A DNA stretch of 64,000 nucleotides, taken from a virus. Position numbers and translations under genes: made by a program. The stretch is from positions 1-64,000 of the IMG/VR virus record IMGVR_UViG_3300017987_000063; one strand, 5' to 3'. Positions 58,989 through 64,000 of this stretch are shown piece after piece; position 1 is the stretch's first letter; the number at the start of each line of letters is the position of its first letter. The notes under the pieces were generated by a model. The model searched no databases. It saw nothing but the letters and a program-made list of their open reading frames with translations, and was not told where the DNA came from.

Positions 58989-60257
58989 TTAATCGTTCAT
59001 CCATATAAGGACGCGCAGCCCAAAGGCTTCCACCACACCCGCATTAAGGCGGGCAATAGCATCCCTATGGGATTCGTCATCCTGTACTGCTGAAACCCCC
59101 GACACCACCTCGCTTGGCCCTGCGGAATAGGTTAAATTTCCATAGCGGGCATCGTGATCCGCCACCGCTGCCGATGGAGGGGTAATTGTATCCGGCATAT
59201 TGGATAGCTTATCGTGCGGGATGGTCAACTCAACCGCATCAGGATTAAGCGTACCATCGGGCATGATAACTCCATCCGTCACCGGTAAGCCGGTATAAGG
59301 GTCATACGTCCGATAAATCCGCTCCTCCAGCGAGGACATAAGCCCACGAGCGATCTCAATTTCAGGGCTGGAGCCAAACCACGGGTCTCGCAGGTCGGTT
59401 ACCATAGCCGCCGAAATGTTGGGGTCGCCATCATCCCTATCAATCTGCGCGAGCGGCACTATGTAATGGAGGTTGCCCTGCGTGTCCACATAATCGGCGG
59501 GAATAGAGCCATCTTCAATAACCCTCACCCACTGAATGACCTTTAACCGCCGAGCAGACTCTATACCGGTTCCCACAGGATGAAGCAGGTCGGGGTCTTC
59601 CGTGGCATTCCACTCCATAACGTGAACGTCCAAGTAGGCATAATCTGTCCTATCGCTGCCCACCGGGGTCGTAAGCCCTATCCTGTAGTAATCGCCCACC
59701 GCCGCGACTGTGGTATGGTCTCCTGCTGTGGTAATGCTGGTCGCCGTGTTGGAGATAATCGTAAACCCTGTTGCGCTGTCCACATTCGGGTAAAGTGTCC
59801 GGCCCACAAGCTCGTTGACCTGCCACTTGCCGTTAATATCCGTCAAGGTAAGCGCATCGAGGCCAGTAGACTTGTGGAAAATCTCGTCCTTGAACTGCGC
59901 TGCTACCGGCGGGGTCGGAGCAAACTCCCTGTCGGCGGTAAGGATAACATGCAGACCATCCGCCCAACCATGAGCATAAGTTTCAGGGTCACCGACCGAT
60001 GCCGCCAGCCCATCTATGTTAAAATTATTGGGCAGCCCCGCGCCTATTATCTGGAAGGATGTGCTGAAAAACTTTCGGCCTGTAGCCCTCTGAAGAGCAC
60101 GTTGAAGCTGATGGAATAGCGTCTCAGCGGCATCGTTGGCATCGCGGTCAATGGCCTCCTTGCCTTGCTGCTGGAGCTTGCCTAGATACCGCTTTCGCTC
60201 GTCGAAAATGTTACCGCTGTAATAACCATTCCTGTCCGCGCCGTGTTGGTTGCTCAT
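58989..60257 (-). CDS. Baseplate/tail-fibre-associated structural protein
   Basis: FDERKRY...QQGKEAID.D.N N-terminal motif; position after wedge genes. Confidence 0.65.
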   Translation of the reverse strand: MSNQHGADRNGYYSGNIFDERKRYLGKLQQQGKEAIDRDANDAAETLFHQLQRALQRATGRKFFSTSFQIIGAGLPNNFNIDGLAASVGDPETYAHGWADGLHVILTADREFAPTPPVAAQFKDEIFHKSTGLDALTLTDINGKWQVNELVGRTLYPNVDSATGFTIISNTATSITTAGDHTTVAAVGDYYRIGLTTPVGSDRTDYAYLDVHVMEWNATEDPDLLHPVGTGIESARRLKVIQWVRVIEDGSIPADYVDTQGNLHYIVPLAQIDRDDGDPNISAAMVTDLRDPWFGSSPEIEIARGLMSSLEERIYRTYDPYTGLPVTDGVIMPDGTLNPDAVELTIPHDKLSNMPDTITPPSAAVADHDARYGNLTYSAGPSEVVSGVSAVQDDESHRDAIARLNAGVVEAFGLRVLIWMND

Positions 60258-60269
60258 TGAAACCTCCTA

Positions 60270-60446
60270 TTATCCGCGTCTGCCTTTTCCTCCACCGCGT
60301 CCACCGCCTCTTCCTCCGCCGGGGCCTCCACGGGAGCATCCGCCGGTATTACGACCACCCCTTCTGCCGCCAACCATACCAACGCCCCTGCCTCTGCCAT
60401 CTCTTGGTCTTGCCTGTCCTCTCGGATTCCTTGTTGCAGTAGCCAT
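60270..60446 (-). CDS. 58-aa RGG-rich peptide (not in ORF track)
   Basis: MATATRNPRGQARPRDGRGRGVGMVGGRRGGRNTGGCSRGGPGGGRGGGRGGGKGRRG; AAGGAG RBS; stop adjacent to next gene's RBS. Confidence 0.7.
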   Translation of the reverse strand: MATATRNPRGQARPRDGRGRGVGMVGGRRGGRNTGGCSRGGPGGGRGGGRGGGKGRRG

Positions 60447-60475
60447 TTTTTAACTCCTTCCGCAATCACTTGCGT

Positions 60476-62005
60476 TTAAGTAGGATATACCTGTCGCCAT
60501 GCCGCGCCATCCTTTCCGAAAATGTACCAGAATACTGTCATCGGGACGAAATCCTTGAAATATTCTTCAATTAACGCAAGCATATCCGCTGTTATATTAG
60601 TATAAGGTGTGTTGAACCAAAAACCAATCGTGCGCGGTGTCCACTGCGCCCAAAGGGTAAAATCCATATATCTCTCATAAGGGTCTGTCGGGGTATTAAG
60701 GAACTTCCACGGAGGAACCTGCGCCAGCCCCGCTGTAATATCAATATAAGTGCTGTTGACCACGTTGTAGCGCAGTAAGTTTTTTCTAAACTCCGTCACG
60801 ATAGGCACCAGTCCTACAATGGCGGTGGCAAAGTCAATGGAACCCTGCAAAGTCCCGCGAATCTGGTATAAGAATATCGCGTTACGAATTAAAAACCGCT
60901 GGCGGGCGATGCTTAGGCTTGGAATAAGCCGCAGGCCGACATACTGCGCCAGCAGCGGCAGATGGTTAACGCGGACATTGTCCACATCGTAAAACGTCCC
61001 GAAATACTCAATAAGCTCCCGAATAGAGCCGAATTCCAGCCCAAAGAGCTTTAAAAACCGGTAAAGCTGGCCATGCGCATCCGTATCCTCGTCCCAGTTA
61101 TACTGCTCATCCAGCGGGCCGACCAAAGGCTCAAGCAGCTTTTGAAGCGTGCCCACGTCCTTATTCCGGTAAAGCTCTGCCAGCCGATGCCAGAGCCTTA
61201 AATGGTAATCGCCGCCGTCCAGCGCGGTCTCGAATATCTTGGAAAAATCATCAGAGTAATCATTACCTGCGGCCACCACGAAGGCATGATAATAGTAGGT
61301 CTGTCCACCATCCACCGCTAAATCAGAGAAGTAATACCCCGTGCCGCTGTAAACCTCAATTCCATCCGTTATGAGTGCAGGGTAATCCAGAACGGCCCTC
61401 CGCACCTTTATTTCATAGTCAATAAGAATTTGAAAATAGCAATCCTTCGTATTATCCTCGTGCCAGACAAGAGCCCCATCCCTGTATAGTAAAACTCCAA
61501 CATCTGCGCCCACATCCACCGAGGACACCGCACCCACGTAAGCGGGATTGGTAATTGTGCCAAGCCCCTCCATGATAAAGGCATAGTCAGTGCCGGGGGT
61601 CAAGCTCACCGATGGCGAAAAGGTAAAGACAAACTCAGGAACATTTGCCCATGGAGTAATGGCGGGCAATAGACTTAACCAGTATGCTTCGTTCGTGGCA
61701 TCGGCCAGCTTAACAGTAGGGACACCCGCTACCACTGTCCAGACCGAAAGATGCATTCTATTGTCCGGCAAAATCGTCCCATAACCAGCCTTTAATTTAA
61801 CCGCCACAGCGTTAATATCTACGGAATCAAACACCTGAAACTTTTGCCCCAGCCGGTCTATTACCCCCGTTATAGGAAATTGGTAATCCATATCCGCGAT
61901 AAGCTGCTTCAAATAGGCATTATCATAGGAATCCCACTGGAGCAGTAATTGCGGGCCTTCATAACCTCGCTTAATCTGGAGGTTCTGTATGGCTTGGACA
62001 GTCAC
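60476..62005 (-). CDS. Baseplate wedge / P2 gpI-like tail protein
   Basis: LPLLAQYVG...RFLIRNAIFLYQIRGTLQG. Confidence 0.75.
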   Translation of the reverse strand: MTVQAIQNLQIKRGYEGPQLLLQWDSYDNAYLKQLIADMDYQFPITGVIDRLGQKFQVFDSVDINAVAVKLKAGYGTILPDNRMHLSVWTVVAGVPTVKLADATNEAYWLSLLPAITPWANVPEFVFTFSPSVSLTPGTDYAFIMEGLGTITNPAYVGAVSSVDVGADVGVLLYRDGALVWHEDNTKDCYFQILIDYEIKVRRAVLDYPALITDGIEVYSGTGYYFSDLAVDGGQTYYYHAFVVAAGNDYSDDFSKIFETALDGGDYHLRLWHRLAELYRNKDVGTLQKLLEPLVGPLDEQYNWDEDTDAHGQLYRFLKLFGLEFGSIRELIEYFGTFYDVDNVRVNHLPLLAQYVGLRLIPSLSIARQRFLIRNAIFLYQIRGTLQGSIDFATAIVGLVPIVTEFRKNLLRYNVVNSTYIDITAGLAQVPPWKFLNTPTDPYERYMDFTLWAQWTPRTIGFWFNTPYTNITADMLALIEEYFKDFVPMTVFWYIFGKDGAAWRQVYPT

Positions 62006-63693
62006 TACACGCCTCCAATATAAGTCAGGGTAACGGTTCCTCTTACCCCTACCTCAGTCGGCAGCACATCCACGCTTCCCAGCAGATCGCTCACCCTGAA
62101 CTGGGCTATATCGCCCAGCGACATGGGAGATGTTCCAGAATTAAGCGTAAAAGATACCTCCCCGCCATCCGAGGCATACGGGGTATCCAGCGTTCCGGTC
62201 GCCGCCTGCAGGCCCGAAACCGATCCACGCACATTAAAATCAGTCGGATTGATAAAGCGAACTTCCCATGTTTCCGCGATGGTCGTACTGGAAATCCCTA
62301 TCGGGCCGAAATATGCATCCCCTGTCTTTACCCGCCAATCCACTCGCGGCACCATTGTGAGCTTGGAAAGCTCCACAAAATCCACGCCCCGCACATTCTC
62401 CATCATGGCAAAAACATCGCCAATCCTTATATCGCCACGCGGGTTATCCTCTTCCCCGAAAGGTCGCAGAGCGGGATCAAAGTAATTTTCCACCGCATCT
62501 TCCACAGCCACAACCACCGCCGATTGAAGATACTGCGATAAAACATGCACCTCAGCCGTCAAGTCAACGGTCACCTCATTGGCCGAGAACACTTCCACGC
62601 CATCGCTGGCCATGCGGAAGGTATCAAGCTGGCTCAAAACATAGGCAAGGAGCGCAGGAGAGGCCGTTCCGCCGCCTGTAGGCACGATATAGATGTGGAT
62701 TAAGGCTATGCCCGCAAGTATCGCCTGTGCCTTTTCTACGCCCGCGATGGCCTCTGTTAAACCTTGATAATCGTCCAGCGTAACCGCCCGCTTCAGGGAC
62801 TTTAACTCCAACGGGCCTCTTGCCTTAGCCGTCCGAATATCCTCCCTGTCCTCGCCCCCTGTCGCCCGCACGGGGTTGGTAACCTGTACCGGCGGGGAAA
62901 TGGTGTCCAGCACCACGCGGATAGCCCCGATGCCCACGTTTCCTGAAACCCCGCCTCCCACGCGCCCATTAAAAGTCAGAGTCGCACCGGAAGCGGGTAT
63001 TTTACCATTGATTCCATCCCCGAATTCTATGGTAATCAGGTCATCCTCGTCCCGCGTTACCGCAAAAACCTCATCGGAAGGCCCCGCAAGAGCCAGAGAT
63101 TCCACCGCCGTCCATTCGGTAATATCTACCAGCACGCTCCAACTGTCGTCAATTACAGGGGTTAAAGCTATCGGAAATTTCTGAAACTGTGTCCCATCGC
63201 TCGTTCCCATCGCCTCGGTCTTTGTCTCCCCTTGTGTAGCCGCAACTTCCGGCGACGTAAGCTGGCCGGTCGGAATATCAACATCCTCATCCGTCTCGAA
63301 CACAATCTGTGCCCCTGCCCCTGCTGTGGCTATTCTAGTCCCTTCTGGAATGGTCAAATCGTACCCCAAAGGCGAAGAAATGGAGAATATCACGTTTACC
63401 CGCGCAGGTTGTGCGCTTTTTAGCCGAATTCCTATTAACTGGAGCAGCAGCCTAACCGCCCTGCGGCTTAATGCCGTCTCCAAATAACACTCATTGGCCT
63501 GCCTGTCAATATACCAATGGAGTACGTCCGCCATGCCCGCAAAAAGCTCTATCAATACGATGCCGAAATCATCGGGATTGTGGTCTGTCCACTCGTCAAT
63601 ATAAAACTGTATCCGGCTTATAATATCATCCCGAATGCTCTCATAATCGCGGGTATCATAAGCCAAGACTGGGGTTACAAAGTCTTCAGCCAT
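62005..63693 (-). CDS. Baseplate J-like protein
   Basis: RDYESIR, WTDHNPDDFG, FGDGINGKIP, GGEDRE, RAVTLDDY. Confidence 0.92.
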   Translation of the reverse strand: MAEDFVTPVLAYDTRDYESIRDDIISRIQFYIDEWTDHNPDDFGIVLIELFAGMADVLHWYIDRQANECYLETALSRRAVRLLLQLIGIRLKSAQPARVNVIFSISSPLGYDLTIPEGTRIATAGAGAQIVFETDEDVDIPTGQLTSPEVAATQGETKTEAMGTSDGTQFQKFPIALTPVIDDSWSVLVDITEWTAVESLALAGPSDEVFAVTRDEDDLITIEFGDGINGKIPASGATLTFNGRVGGGVSGNVGIGAIRVVLDTISPPVQVTNPVRATGGEDREDIRTAKARGPLELKSLKRAVTLDDYQGLTEAIAGVEKAQAILAGIALIHIYIVPTGGGTASPALLAYVLSQLDTFRMASDGVEVFSANEVTVDLTAEVHVLSQYLQSAVVVAVEDAVENYFDPALRPFGEEDNPRGDIRIGDVFAMMENVRGVDFVELSKLTMVPRVDWRVKTGDAYFGPIGISSTTIAETWEVRFINPTDFNVRGSVSGLQAATGTLDTPYASDGGEVSFTLNSGTSPMSLGDIAQFRVSDLLGSVDVLPTEVGVRGTVTLTYIGGV

Positions 63694-64000
63694 TATTCGC
63701 CTCCTGTAACTGGAATCACGGCTACTCCTTCATTTACATAAAAAGGAAATACCTCGCTGCCCTGCTCATAAGTTGCCCGAATAAGGTAATCGGCAATAAT
63801 CCTAACGACACCCTTATAAACATCCGCATTTATATCTACATTCAGCAACTCCACGCGAGGTTCCCAGTCCTCTATTCCCGCGCCCACATAATAACTTAAA
63901 AGGGCAAGCAGGGTATCGTCCAGCGGATCAAATATCAGATCATGCAGTCTGGTTCCAAACTCAGGCCGGAAAAACCGCTCGCCAAGTGCTGTAAGAACAA
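63693..64000 (-). CDS. gp25/GPW baseplate wedge protein (5' partial)
   Basis: LTALGERFFRPEFGTRL...WEPRV. Confidence 0.88.
   Translation of the reverse strand, partial: VLTALGERFFRPEFGTRLHDLIFDPLDDTLLALLSYYVGAGIEDWEPRVELLNVDINADVYKGVVRIIADYLIRATYEQGSEVFPFYVNEGVAVIPVTGGE

Noticed and set aside
60254-60469. 71-aa acidic ORF from the ORF track
   Set aside because: Its GTG start lies inside the 14-bp site with no RBS; the overlapping RGG frame has a proper RBS.
826-63741. Numerous plus-strand ORFs
   Set aside because: They lie antisense to well-supported minus-strand genes and show no recognisable motifs; treated as shadows.
1-64000. Stop-codon reassignment or prophage boundary
   Set aside because: Long genes are intact in the standard code; no integrase, att site or host genes were seen.

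Overview
A 64-kb internal segment of a large tailed dsDNA phage with myovirus-type baseplate genes. Essentially all real genes are on the minus strand; the plus-strand ORFs look like shadows. In transcription order (right to left): baseplate/tail genes (gp25, baseplate J, P2-I-like) and lysis genes; a tRNA(CAT) and an ORF-free, probably structured RNA region of about 0.8 kb; a cluster of small early-type genes behind near-identical strong promoters; a replication/recombination block (initiator, DnaC-like loader, DnaB, primase, MTase, SSB, family A polymerase, SF2 helicase, RecA, Cas4-like nuclease, RuvC-like); a MoxR-type AAA/VWA pair; an unusual locus at 9.6-16.5 kb; a second MTase; and terminase. 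The standout is the 9.6-16.5 kb locus. A DUF4417-like enzyme, an HExxH peptidase and a ParB-like protein are interleaved with six otherwise unrelated proteins that all begin MGRGG plus a Gly-rich linker. The six are Cys-free and nearly Lys-free, and one carries an ADP-ribosyltransferase-like domain. Other notable items: five inteins (one in an unusual host protein, one with its endonuclease in another reading frame), an in-frame MTase insertion hiding an HNH gene with its own promoter, nine exact copies of a dispersed 14-bp site, and a repeated leader element GGAGGACAGGAC(A)ATG. All family calls come from motif recognition by eye; no database searches were run.
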